Below, piece after piece: positions 1-13,107 of a DNA stretch of 34,898 nucleotides. Made by a program: the position numbers and the translations under genes. The notes beneath the pieces are model-generated. The model ran no database searches and was not told the DNA's origin. It was given only the letters and a program-made list of their open reading frames with translations. This DNA comes from an uncultured Actinomycetota bacterium (GTDB lineage: Bacteria > Actinomycetota > Nitriliruptoria > Nitriliruptorales > JAHWKO01), in assembly GCA_964483845.1 (NCBI GenBank), contig CAZADJ010000002.1, forward strand, positions 1-34,898, written 5' to 3'. Position 1 is the stretch's first letter, and each line of letters opens with the position of its first letter.

Positions 1-10
1 CGGGGCGCGG

Positions 11-85
<75 letters not shown>

Positions 86-98
86 GCGGTGCTGGCCG

Positions 99-104
99 AG
101 GCTA
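99..104 (-). promoter_or_regulatory. Putative -10 element (TAGCCT) for tRNA-Ile
   Basis: TANNNT hexamer 13 nt upstream of the mature tRNA 5' end. Confidence 0.45.
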
Positions 105-155
105 CCCGTCGAGTCCGCGCGATGCGACCGCCGGTGGGTCGGCCGGGCCGCGGCC

Positions 156-749
156 TCACGCGCCGCCGCGGTCGTCACGTCTCCCGAACAGCACGTCCTC
201 GTCGTCGTCGGACCCGGGCGGGGGTCCGCCCACGCGTTCGGTGCGATCGCCGGTCCCCGACGGTGAGCGCGGCGGGGGTGTGCCGAGCGTCCAACGCTCG
301 TCGTCGCCCTCCGCCCGGTCGGGACCCCCCGATCCGGAGGACGGCTCGTCGCGGTGCGCAGGCCGGCGTGTCTCCGACCCCGGCCGCATCACGCTGGACC
401 TCGCGGCGCTGTCGTCGCTGAAGGTGACCTGGACACCGCCGACCAGGTCGGCGAGCAGGTTGTGGAGGAACGCCCCGAAGACCGCCAGCCCGGTCAGTAT
501 CACCGTCCCGAGCACACCGACGAGGAGCACGACCCGGAACAGCGCGCCGGTGTCGACGCCGCAGTCCTCGAAGCCGACGTCCTCCGCGAGCTGACACGCC
601 TGGTCGACGAGCCCGAGCTGGCCGACGATGAACCACAGGATGGCGAACCCGAGGACGAAGACGACCAGCAGGCAGAGGTTCACCACGAAGCCGAACTTGA
701 GCACCGACCACGGGTCGATGCGGCGCAGCGTCATCGTGCGTCGAGCCAC
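156..749 (-). CDS. DUF3566 family membrane protein
   Basis: L-RRIDPWSVLKFGF motif, two TM segments and C-terminal LHNLLADLVGGVQVTF; conserved position downstream of gyrA. Confidence 0.9.
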   Translation of the reverse strand: MARRTMTLRRIDPWSVLKFGFVVNLCLLVVFVLGFAILWFIVGQLGLVDQACQLAEDVGFEDCGVDTGALFRVVLLVGVLGTVILTGLAVFGAFLHNLLADLVGGVQVTFSDDSAARSSVMRPGSETRRPAHRDEPSSGSGGPDRAEGDDERWTLGTPPPRSPSGTGDRTERVGGPPPGSDDDEDVLFGRRDDRGGA

Positions 750-777
750 AGGGTTCCTCGCTCCGGTCCGTCAGGGG

Positions 778-783
778 ATTCTA
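778..783 (-). promoter_or_regulatory. Putative -10 element (TAGAAT) for the DUF3566 gene
   Basis: Near-consensus hexamer in a very GC-rich intergenic region, about 30 nt before the start. Confidence 0.55.
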
Positions 784-860
784 CGCGGCGTCGCGCCGGT
801 CACCGCCGAGCCGCCCCGGCCACACGGTCCGCCCCACGTCCGGACGCGACCGGTCGGGGG

Positions 861-3437
<2,577 letters not shown>

Positions 3438-3483
3438 GCGCGGTCACCTCCGGGGTCGATCGTCGGGTCGTCTGCGCACGGGG

Positions 3484-5502
<2,019 letters not shown>

Positions 5503-5541
5503 TCAGCCCGAGCGGGCGGCCCCCGGTCGATCGGGCTGTTC

Positions 5542-5586
5542 GGGCCGGTCGTCTGGGCCGGTCGTCTGGGCCGGTCGTTCGGGCCG
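5542..5586. repeat. 13-bp tandem repeat, about 3.5 copies (GGGCCGGTCGTCT)
   Basis: Units at 5542, 5555 and 5568 plus a partial unit at 5581, inside the presumed gyrB 5' leader. Confidence 0.9.
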
Positions 5587-5633
5587 CAGGAGGCGTCAGA
5601 GACCCGCGGGAAGGGGCCCGACGCGTTGCTCCG

Positions 5634-5639
5634 AGTCTA
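5634..5639 (-). promoter_or_regulatory. Putative -10 element (TAGACT) of gyrB
   Basis: TANNNT hexamer just downstream of the dciA stop; same hexamer as in the rpmH promoter. Confidence 0.55.
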
Positions 5640-5653
5640 CCGGATGCGGCCCT

Positions 5654-6139
5654 TCAGCCCCCGTCAACCTCCCCGGCGTCTGTGGACGATCCGCCGGTCT
5701 CCCGCAGGGGCCCGACGACGATCCGGACCTCCCGGACGAGGTCGGCCCCCAGGACCTCCTCGGCACGATCGGTGAGCTGCCCGGTCAGGTAGCCGACCTG
5801 GGTGGCCCAGGCCTGTGACTCGGCCCGGATCACGAGCACCCCGCCGACCAGCCGGACCGGCTCGCAGCGCTGCGCCAGCTCGGGCCCGACGAGCTGCTCC
5901 CAACGACCGAACACCGCCGCCCCCTCGAGGCGTCGGCCCCAACGTCGCTTCCGCGCGAGGTCGCCGAGGACCGCCGCGACCGGCGCGGGTCCACGCTTGC
6001 GCCGCAGGGTGTCGTCGCCGTCACGGACCCAGACCTCCTCCCCGTCCGGACCGTCCCCGTGCGGTCCGGTCGGGGACGCGTCCCGTCCATCGGCCCGCTC
6101 GCCATCCCGCCCGGGGGGGTCTCCGCCTCGACCGGGCAC
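5654..6139 (-). CDS. dciA: DciA / DUF721 family helicase-loader-like protein
   Basis: W-x-x-LVGPELAQRCEP...LVIRAESQAWATQ motif; located between recF and gyrB; start uncertain. Confidence 0.88.
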   Translation of the reverse strand: MPGRGGDPPGRDGERADGRDASPTGPHGDGPDGEEVWVRDGDDTLRRKRGPAPVAAVLGDLARKRRWGRRLEGAAVFGRWEQLVGPELAQRCEPVRLVGGVLVIRAESQAWATQVGYLTGQLTDRAEEVLGADLVREVRIVVGPLRETGGSSTDAGEVDGG

Positions 6140-6140
6140 C

Positions 6141-7322
6141 TCAGCCTCCGGCCGCGTCGGCGACCGGCGCCCGAGGCACCAGCCGGCTCACGTCGTCCTC
6201 CATGCGCACCTCGACGCGCGGCGCACGCAGCGGCACGTCCCCGTCCACGGCCGAGGTGACGAGCACCTGGGGCCAACTCCGGCAGGCCGCCGCCAGGCGA
6301 TCGCGGCGCGCCTCGTCGAGCTCGGCGAAGACGTCGTCGAGCAGCACGAGGGGGACGTCACCGACCTCCGACAGGACGCGGTGTGCCGCCAGCCGCAGCG
6401 CGAGGACGAGCGACCACAGCTGCCCGTGGCTCGCGTACCCACGCGCCGGGAGCCCCCGGACGGACAGCTCCAGCTCGTCGCGGTGTGGGCCGACGAGGGT
6501 CACGCCGCGCTGCCGTTCGTCGTCGGCGACCGCGGCCAACGCCGCGCGCAGCCGCTCGGCGACCGTCCCGGGATCGATCTCGGCGCCCCCCTCCGGCCCG
6601 CTGGCCACCGGCTCCCCCTCGACCGCACGGTCCGCCGAGCTGTCGTAGTCGAGCGTGATCGGCTCCGGTCGGTCGGCGAGCTCCGCGTACAGGCTCGTGG
6701 CCGGCCCGCGGAGCGCGGCCGTCGCCGCGAGCCGCGCCGCGACGAGCAGCGCCCCGTGCTCGACCAGCCGCTCGGTCCACACCGACAGGGTCCGCGGGGT
6801 CCCCTCGATGCCCCGGGCGGAACGCAGGAGCTGGTTGCGCTGGCGCAGCACCCGGTCGTACTCGCTGCGCGTCGCGGCGTACGCCGGTCGGCGCTGTGCC
6901 AGCAGGTCGTCGAGGAAGCGACGCCGTGCGCCCGGGTCCCCGCGGATGACCTCGAGGTCCTCCGGCGCGGCCATCACCGCGCGGATCACGCCGACGGCGT
7001 CCGCGGTCCGTCGGACGTCCTGACCGTCGACCTTCGCGCGTGTCCCCTGGCCCGGCCGCAGCTCCACCTCGACCGTGCGGCGTCGACCCGCATCGGTCTC
7101 GATAGCCGCCCGGATGTAGGCCGCCTCCGCGCCCTCGCGCACGAGCGGCCCGTCGGAGGACACGCGGTGTGACGACCCGGTGGCCAGGCGGTGGACGGCC
7201 TCGAGGAGGTTCGTCTTGCCGTGGGCGTTGGGACCGACGATCACGGTCGGGCCGGGCCCCGGCTCGAGCACGGCTCGCTCGTACGAGCGCAGGTCCACCA
7301 GTTCGAGCCGCCGCAGGAGCAC
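6141..7322 (-). CDS. recF: DNA replication/repair protein RecF
   Basis: Walker A GPNAHGKTN, PEDL..GDPGARRRFLD, GPHRDEL, ASHGQ signature and LLDDVFAELD. Confidence 0.98.
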   Translation of the reverse strand: MLLRRLELVDLRSYERAVLEPGPGPTVIVGPNAHGKTNLLEAVHRLATGSSHRVSSDGPLVREGAEAAYIRAAIETDAGRRRTVEVELRPGQGTRAKVDGQDVRRTADAVGVIRAVMAAPEDLEVIRGDPGARRRFLDDLLAQRRPAYAATRSEYDRVLRQRNQLLRSARGIEGTPRTLSVWTERLVEHGALLVAARLAATAALRGPATSLYAELADRPEPITLDYDSSADRAVEGEPVASGPEGGAEIDPGTVAERLRAALAAVADDERQRGVTLVGPHRDELELSVRGLPARGYASHGQLWSLVLALRLAAHRVLSEVGDVPLVLLDDVFAELDEARRDRLAAACRSWPQVLVTSAVDGDVPLRAPRVEVRMEDDVSRLVPRAPVADAAGG

Positions 7323-7360
7323 TACGTCGCCGGAGGCGGTACGGGCGCTCGCACCGTGAT

Positions 7361-8470
7361 CTAACTCGTCCGCACGGGCATCAGGAGGTACAGCACGTCG
7401 TCCGCGTCCTCGGCGTGCGGTCGGAGCAGCGCCGGCTTCAGCCCGTCGCGCAGCTCGATCCGCACCTCCTCGGTGTCGAGCGCCTCGAGCCCGGAGAGCA
7501 GGAACAGCGGGTTGAACGCGATCGTGAGGTCGTCGCCGTCCACCGACGCCGGTAGCGACTCGCTGGCCTCCCCGACCTCCTGACTGCCGGCGGTCAACTC
7601 GACCACGCCGTCAGCGCTGAACGCGAGGAAGACCGGCGTGTTCGCCTGTCCGAGGGCGACCACCGCGACACGTTGGAGGACCTCGATCAGCGCGGCACGA
7701 TCGATGACGACCTCGGTCTCGTGGTCCTCGGGCAGCAGCTGCGAGTAGTCCGGGAAGGCGCCCTCCACCAGCGTCGTGGTCAGCCGCCGATCCCCGAACA
7801 GGAACGAGACCTGACCCTGCTCGAAGACGAGCTCCACGTCCCCACCGGTGTCCGAGGCCGACTTCGCCGCCTCCGAGAGCGCCCGCGCCGGCACCAGGGC
7901 CTCCACGTCCGCACCCTCATCCCACGCCACGCGCCGCACCGCCAGTCGGTAGCTGTCCGTCGCCGCCGCGGTGAACGACCCCCCGTCGGCCTCGAGCTTC
8001 ACGCCCGTCAACACGGGCCGCGCCTCGTCCGTGGACGCCGCACGGCCGACCTGGTTCACCACCCGGACGAACGACCCGGACTTCATCACCCCGCGTGGCG
8101 CGTCGGCGTCCGGCTCGTGCAGGCGCGGGAAGTCCTCCACCGGCATCCCCCGGACCTCGAACGTCGCGCGACCACAACGGATCGTGACCTGCTCCGGGCC
8201 ACCCCCGATCTCCACGGCGGCCTCGGGCAACCGCGCCGCGAGCTGCGCCAGGAGCTTCCCCGGGAGCAGCGCGCTCCCCGGCTCGCTGACCTGGACCCTC
8301 GTGGTGATCTCCCCCGAGAGCTCCAGGTCGGTCGCCCGACACGTCAACTGACCATCACCAGCTTCCAGGAGGATCCCGGCGAGGGCCGGCAGCGTCGGCC
8401 TCGATCCGAGCGTGCGGGTCGCCCACGCGATCGCCTCGACGAACTCGTTGCGCTCAGCCCTCAGTTCCAC
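7361..8470 (-). CDS. dnaN: DNA polymerase III beta clamp
   Basis: ATDLE, RPVLTGV, ATDSYRL, FPDY and C-terminal YLLMPVR; immediately downstream of dnaA. Confidence 0.99.
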   Translation of the reverse strand: MELRAERNEFVEAIAWATRTLGSRPTLPALAGILLEAGDGQLTCRATDLELSGEITTRVQVSEPGSALLPGKLLAQLAARLPEAAVEIGGGPEQVTIRCGRATFEVRGMPVEDFPRLHEPDADAPRGVMKSGSFVRVVNQVGRAASTDEARPVLTGVKLEADGGSFTAAATDSYRLAVRRVAWDEGADVEALVPARALSEAAKSASDTGGDVELVFEQGQVSFLFGDRRLTTTLVEGAFPDYSQLLPEDHETEVVIDRAALIEVLQRVAVVALGQANTPVFLAFSADGVVELTAGSQEVGEASESLPASVDGDDLTIAFNPLFLLSGLEALDTEEVRIELRDGLKPALLRPHAEDADDVLYLLMPVRTS

Positions 8471-8774
8471 CTCGTCCTCCTCATCGGGGGCGCTCCACGG
8501 AGCGCGTTCCCCACAGGTCCGTCTACGTACGGGTCTGGGACGTACTCAACCGTCATCACCGTCGGGGCTGTGTATCGTGTGGATGACCGGCGTCTCCCCA
8601 GGTCAGTCCGGTGCACCCCCGTGGATGCCGTGTGGACGATGTCCGGACGGACGGGGAGGTTGTCCTCATCTCACACCGGTGTGATCCGCCGTGGACGGAC
8701 TCGTCAACACGCTGTCCACCGGTCATCAACAACTCGTCCACGGGGTCCCCGATCGGTGCGCCGGTCACCGGTGC
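8471..8774. other. oriC: Replication origin oriC (dnaA-dnaN intergenic DnaA-box cluster)
   Basis: Degenerate DnaA boxes: TTCCCCACA 8507, TGTGGATGA 8578, CGTGGATGC 8620, TGTGGACGA 8631, TTGTCCTCA 8660, CGTGGACGG 8690, TCGTCAACA 8701, CTGTCCACC 8712, TCATCAACA 8723, TCGTCCACG 8734. Confidence 0.9.
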
Positions 8775-10466
8775 TCAGGCGGTCCGGGCCTGCGAGCGCA
8801 CCCGGCTGGTCAGCTCCTGGACCTGGTCGTAGATCTGTCGGCGCTCCTGCATCAGACCGGCGATCTTGCGCTCGGCATGCATCACGGTCGTGTGGTCGCG
8901 CCCCCCGAAGGCCTTGCCGATGCGGGGCAGGGAGAGGTCGGTCAGCTCACGGATGAGGTACATCGCGATCTGGCGGGCGATGACGAGCTGCTTCGTGCGG
9001 GAGGGGGAGCAGAGGTCGTCGACGGTGAGGCTGAAGTACTCGGCCACCTCGTCCTGGATGAGCTGCACGCTGATCTCTCGACTGGACTGATCGGGGAGCA
9101 GGTCCTTCAGCACGCCTTCGGCGAGGTCGCGGTCGACCTCCACGCCCTGCAGGCTCGCGAAGGCGGTGACACGGATGAGCGCCCCCTCGAGTTCGCGGAT
9201 GTTGGACTCGACGCGGGAGGCGATGAGCTCGAGGACCTCCGGTGGGACGGTGATCGATTCGTAGCTGGCCTTCTTGTTCAGGATCGCGATCCGGGTCTCG
9301 AGGTCGGGCGGTTGGACGTCGGTCATCAGACCCCACTCGAAGCGGCTGCGCAGTCGATCCTCGAGGTGGGCGATCTGCCGCGGTTGGCGGTCGGAGCTGA
9401 TGACGATCTGCTTCTCGGCGTTGTGCAGCGCGTTGAAGGTGTGGAAGAACTCCTCCTGGGTCCGCTCGGCGCGCTCGAGGAACTGGATGTCGTCGATGAG
9501 TAGCACGTCGGCCTGCCGGTACTTGCGCTGGAAGCCGGCGTTCTTGCCCTGTCGGATCGCGTTGATGAACTCGTTGGTGAACTGCTCGGTGGTGACGTAG
9601 CGGATGCGCAGGCGTGGGTACAGCGAGCGGACGTAGTGACCGATGGCGTGGAGGAGGTGGGTCTTGCCGAGGCCGGCTCCGCCGTAGATGAACAGGGGGT
9701 TGTAGGCACGGGCGGGTGCCTCGGCGACGGCGAAGGCGGCGGCGTGTGCGAACCGGTTCGAGGGCCCGATCACGAAGTTGTCGAAGACGTACTTCGGGTT
9801 GAGGTGGCCCGGGTCGTCCTCGACCGCACGGATCTCGGTCTCGGACGGGTCGGGCAGGCTCACCGTCGGTCCGGGGGGTCGACCGGGGGCCTGGAGGGGA
9901 CGCACGTTGGTCGGCTCGAGGGGGTCGTTGCGGCTGTCGCCGTCCGGATCGCTGTCGCCGTCCGGGTCGCCGGTGTCCCCGGACCGCTCGGCGGTGTGGG
10001 TTCCCGCGAGGTCATCGGTCCCGGTGGGAGCCGCGGCGTCCTCACCCTCGTGGGCGGCCGCGTCGGGTGACGCTGCGGCCACGTCAGCGCCGGTGTCGAG
10101 CGTGTCGGGCGACCCGGTGCGCGACGAGGGCTGGGCGCGCCGATCGGTGGCGTCGGCGTCCCCACCGTCGGACGGGGCGTCGTCGCCCTCGACGGGGGCG
10201 GGGTTGGGCTGGACGGTGATCACCACGTTCAGCTGACGTCCGGCGGCCCGGCTCAGCACCTCACGCAGCTCGTCGCCGCAGCGGGTGTCGAGCCACTCCC
10301 GGGCGAAGGAGTGGGGCGCGGCGAGCACGAGGGTGTCGTCGCTGAACCCCACTGGCTGGGTCTCGGCGAGCCAGCGGTGCTGCGCGGGTGAGCGCACGGA
10401 TCGCGTCACGTCGTCGCGTGCGCCCTCCCAGAGGCTCTCCAGGTCGAAAGCGGTGGTTCCCTGCAC
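8775..10466 (-). CDS. dnaA: Chromosomal replication initiator DnaA
   Basis: [44 protein letters not shown] and [12 protein letters not shown]. Start moved to GTG 10466, which follows GAAGGAGAG; the longer ORF runs through upstream DnaA boxes. Confidence 0.98.
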   Translation of the reverse strand: MQGTTAFDLESLWEGARDDVTRSVRSPAQHRWLAETQPVGFSDDTLVLAAPHSFAREWLDTRCGDELREVLSRAAGRQLNVVITVQPNPAPVEGDDAPSDGGDADATDRRAQPSSRTGSPDTLDTGADVAAASPDAAAHEGEDAAAPTGTDDLAGTHTAERSGDTGDPDGDSDPDGDSRNDPLEPTNVRPLQAPGRPPGPTVSLPDPSETEIRAVEDDPGHLNPKYVFDNFVIGPSNRFAHAAAFAVAEAPARAYNPLFIYGGAGLGKTHLLHAIGHYVRSLYPRLRIRYVTTEQFTNEFINAIRQGKNAGFQRKYRQADVLLIDDIQFLERAERTQEEFFHTFNALHNAEKQIVISSDRQPRQIAHLEDRLRSRFEWGLMTDVQPPDLETRIAILNKKASYESITVPPEVLELIASRVESNIRELEGALIRVTAFASLQGVEVDRDLAEGVLKDLLPDQSSREISVQLIQDEVAEYFSLTVDDLCSPSRTKQLVIARQIAMYLIRELTDLSLPRIGKAFGGRDHTTVMHAERKIAGLMQERRQIYDQVQELTSRVRSQARTA

Positions 10467-10545
10467 GTCGCTCTCCTTCCCCACGACCCCACGGGCCGCC
10501 CGATGCGGTGACCGCACACCCGCGAGCGATCGGTGCGGCCACGCG

Positions 10546-10577
10546 TCTTCCACAGGGTTGTCCACAGGTGTGGACGG
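10546..10577. promoter_or_regulatory. DnaA boxes upstream of dnaA (autoregulation or split origin)
   Basis: TCTTCCACA 10546, perfect actinobacterial box TTGTCCACA 10558, inverted TGTGGACGG 10569; another TTCTCCACA at 10818. Confidence 0.85.
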
Positions 10578-10606
10578 TGGTGTACCCCGACACGCGTGCT
10601 CGTCCT

Positions 10607-10622
10607 GTCACGTCCCTGTCAC
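10607..10622. promoter_or_regulatory. GTCAC-N6-GTCAC direct repeat (MtrA/GlnR-type OmpR box candidate)
   Basis: CCTGTCACG repeated at 10604 and 10615 with an 11-bp period. Confidence 0.5.
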
Positions 10623-10972
10623 GACGGCGGGGAAGGATCCCTGCGCCCAACTCACCACATCTCGACCCCTGTCGTCCCCTTCGGTGGGTTCTCGTGTGGG
10701 TCGCTCGTGGATCGTCGGCCGCCGGGTGGTCCGTCGATCGGTCCGTCCACCTCGTCGGACCGTTGATCGCTCGGCGGCGGAGCATGGTAGCGAGGCGGAG
10801 AACCCCGCCGCAAGCGGTTCTCCACAGCGGGGAACGAGCGCTGCGCGCACGGCGTCGTGCGATCGCTCGTCGCGGCGGTGGCGCAGCGAGCCTGCGTCCG
10901 ACCGGCGCAGGTTCACGTCATCACACGGGCGGGCGGCTCAGATACGTCACACGACGCCGTGGGCCGGCGCGG

Positions 10973-11001
10973 TTGACCGGCGCAGCCCCCGTCCGTAGAC
11001 T
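10973..11001 (+). promoter_or_regulatory. Housekeeping sigma promoter of the rpmH operon
   Basis: TTGACC (10973-10978), 17-bp spacer, TAGACT (10996-11001). Confidence 0.8.
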
Positions 11002-11089
11002 GCCCGCGGTACTCCTACTGCCTCGACGCGCACCGGCGACGCCAACCGACCTGCCGTGCCGCGTTCCCCCGCCGACCCGGGAGGGCCCC

Positions 11090-11224
11090 GTGAAGCGTAC
11101 GCACCAGCCGAAGAAGCGCCGCCGCGCCCGCAAGCACGGGTTCCGCCGCCGCATGAAGACCCGGGCGGGGCGACGCACCATCCGTGCGCGCCGTCGCAAG
11201 GGGCGCTCCCGCCTCTCCTCGTGA
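11090..11224 (+). CDS. rpmH: 50S ribosomal protein L34
   Basis: MKRTHQPKKRRRARKHGFRRRMKTRAGRRTIRARRRKGRSRLSS; GTG start after GGAGGG. Confidence 0.98.
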   Translation: MKRTHQPKKRRRARKHGFRRRMKTRAGRRTIRARRRKGRSRLSS

Positions 11225-11569
11225 GCCGGCCCGGCCACGTCCACCTCCGAACGGCTCCGATCTCCCCGTGACGTCACCCGTGTGCTCCGACGTGGCCGGC
11301 ACCGTGCCGGCCGGCTCCTGTCCGTGCACGTCCTGGCGTCGGGGGGCCCGCCCCGGCACGCGGTCGTCGCGTCGAAACGGGTCGGGTCCGCGGTCGAGCG
11401 CAACCGCGCGAAACGGCTGCTGCGCGAGGCGGTCCGTCGGGTCACGTGGCGCCACGGTGTCGACGTCGCGCTCGTCGCGCGCGCGGCCTGCGCGCGCAGT
11501 GGGCTCGACGAGGTGCTCGCGGAGCTGCGCGACCTCGGCCGGGAGCTCGAGGTGATCGATGAGCGCTGA
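11225..11569 (+). CDS. rnpA: Ribonuclease P protein component (start anomalous; first in-frame GTG at 11282)
   Basis: RLRSPRDVTRVLRRG N-terminal helix and VVASKRVGSAVERNRAKRLLRE (RNR motif); position after rpmH. Confidence 0.9.
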   Translation, partial: AGPATSTSERLRSPRDVTRVLRRGRHRAGRLLSVHVLASGGPPRHAVVASKRVGSAVERNRAKRLLREAVRRVTWRHGVDVALVARAACARSGLDEVLAELRDLGRELEVIDER

Positions 11570-11882
11570 TCCGGTCGCCGGAGGAGGACGAGGCGTCGAC
11601 GTCGCGGACGGTGGGTCCGAGTCGCCTGCGCAGGACGAGGCCGGGCGGCGCCCGAGCTGGGTCGCGCGGGTGCTGATCGCGCCGATCCGCGTCTGGCAGT
11701 GGTCCGCCCCGGCGCGCGTCCCACGGTGCCGTTTCCACCCGAGCTGCTCCTCGTACGCGGTCGCGGCGCTCCGTGAGCACGGGGCGCTGCGGGGAGCGTG
11801 GCTCGCCGTGCGCCGGCTGGCCCGCTGTCACCCGTGGAACCCCGGAGGGATCGACCCCGTCCCGCCGAGCGAGGACCGCTAA
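11559..11882 (+). CDS. yidD: Membrane protein insertion efficiency factor YidD
   Basis: CRFHPSCSSYA...HGALRG.WL..RRLARCHPWNPGGIDPVP. Confidence 0.96.
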   Translation: MSADPVAGGGRGVDVADGGSESPAQDEAGRRPSWVARVLIAPIRVWQWSAPARVPRCRFHPSCSSYAVAALREHGALRGAWLAVRRLARCHPWNPGGIDPVPPSEDR

Positions 11883-13040
11883 GTGAACCCGTGGCACTGG
11901 CTACTCGACACGTTGCGCTGGGGACTCACGGAGTTCCACGACCTCTTCGTCCCGCTCGCCGGCGAGCACGCCTGGGGGTGGGCGATCGTCGCCCTGACCC
12001 TCGTCATCCGGGTGCTGCTGCTCCCGCTCGCGGCGAAGCAGTTCAAGAGCATGCGCGGGATGCAGGCGCTCAGCCCCGAGATGAAGCGGATCAAGGAGAA
12101 GTACAACGTCGACCGGGACCTGATGAAGAAGGACCCGGAGAAGTACAAGGCCCAGCGCCAGAAGATGAACGAGGAGGTGATGGGCCTCTACCAGGAGCAC
12201 GGGGTGAACCCGGCGGCCAGCTGCCTGCCGCTGCTCCTCCAGGCACCGATCTTCTTCGCGCTGTTCCGCATCCTGTGGGCCGAGGAGCACCGCATCGAGG
12301 CGATGGTCGGCGCGCCCTTCTACGTCTTCAGCCCCCTCGAGCAGGCGGCGAACGCCTCGATCTGGGGCTGGGTCCTCGTGGTGGGCATGGCCGCGACCAT
12401 GTTCATCACCCAGCGCCAGATGATGGGAGCGAACCCGGCGACGGAGGGGATGCAGGCCACGCAGCAGAAGGTCATGCTCTACGGCATGCCGGTCTTCCTC
12501 GGGGTGGTCGCGCAGAACCTCCCCAAGGGTGTGCTCGTCTACTGGGTGACGACCAACCTGTGGCAGCTCATCCAACAGCAGCTCATCCTGCGCCAGCTCG
12601 ACCGGGACGAGGACGAGGGGCCCGGGGAGTCGGGATCCGGCGAGGGCGCGGAGAAGAAGGGCGCGAAGCGCGCCGGCGGCCCGACGGGGAAGAAGGCGAA
12701 GAAGGGGAAGAAGGGCGGGGGGTCGAAGGGCCCGAAGGGTCCCTCCGGTGAGAAGGGGGCGGCGAAGGGCGACGGATCCGAGGGCGGGAAGGCGGGGTCC
12801 CGGGGCGGGCAGGACGCAGCGGGCTCCGACGGGAAGAAGGGCCCGGACGGATCGGCCGGATCGGGTCGGTCCGAGACCTCGAAGGGCCGACGGGAGCCGG
12901 ACCGACCGGGGACCCCGCGCGGCTCCGACGACGGGGAGCGCCGCTCGGGCGAGGGATCGTCGAGCAACGGACGGCGACGAGGGCGCGCGGACCACGAGGA
13001 CCACATCCCGCGCCGCCGCAACCGCGGTGGCCGCCGGTGA
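11883..13040 (+). CDS. yidC: YidC/Oxa1 membrane protein insertase with a long low-complexity C-terminal tail
   Basis: WGWAIVALTLVIRVLLLPL, GVNPAASCLPLLLQAPIF and GVLVYWVTTNLWQLIQQ. Confidence 0.96.
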   Translation: MNPWHWLLDTLRWGLTEFHDLFVPLAGEHAWGWAIVALTLVIRVLLLPLAAKQFKSMRGMQALSPEMKRIKEKYNVDRDLMKKDPEKYKAQRQKMNEEVMGLYQEHGVNPAASCLPLLLQAPIFFALFRILWAEEHRIEAMVGAPFYVFSPLEQAANASIWGWVLVVGMAATMFITQRQMMGANPATEGMQATQQKVMLYGMPVFLGVVAQNLPKGVLVYWVTTNLWQLIQQQLILRQLDRDEDEGPGESGSGEGAEKKGAKRAGGPTGKKAKKGKKGGGSKGPKGPSGEKGAAKGDGSEGGKAGSRGGQDAAGSDGKKGPDGSAGSGRSETSKGRREPDRPGTPRGSDDGERRSGEGSSSNGRRRGRADHEDHIPRRRNRGGRR

Positions 13041-13107
13041 CGCATCCGCGTGGTGGGTCACCAGACGTGACAGACCGACCGAGAGCTACGGAGACCGAGG
13101 AGACACG

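Noticed and set aside
10467-10565. N-terminal extension of DnaA in the ORF track
   Set aside because: It runs through DnaA boxes; a good SD precedes GTG 10466. Similar over-extended starts were trimmed for jag, rsmG, trxA, trxB, the aminotransferase, the sigma and the anti-sigma.
10794-10826. Hairpin GGAGAACC...GGTTCTCC as an ncRNA or terminator
   Set aside because: No U-tract or known RNA motif; better explained as inverted DnaA-box-like sites.
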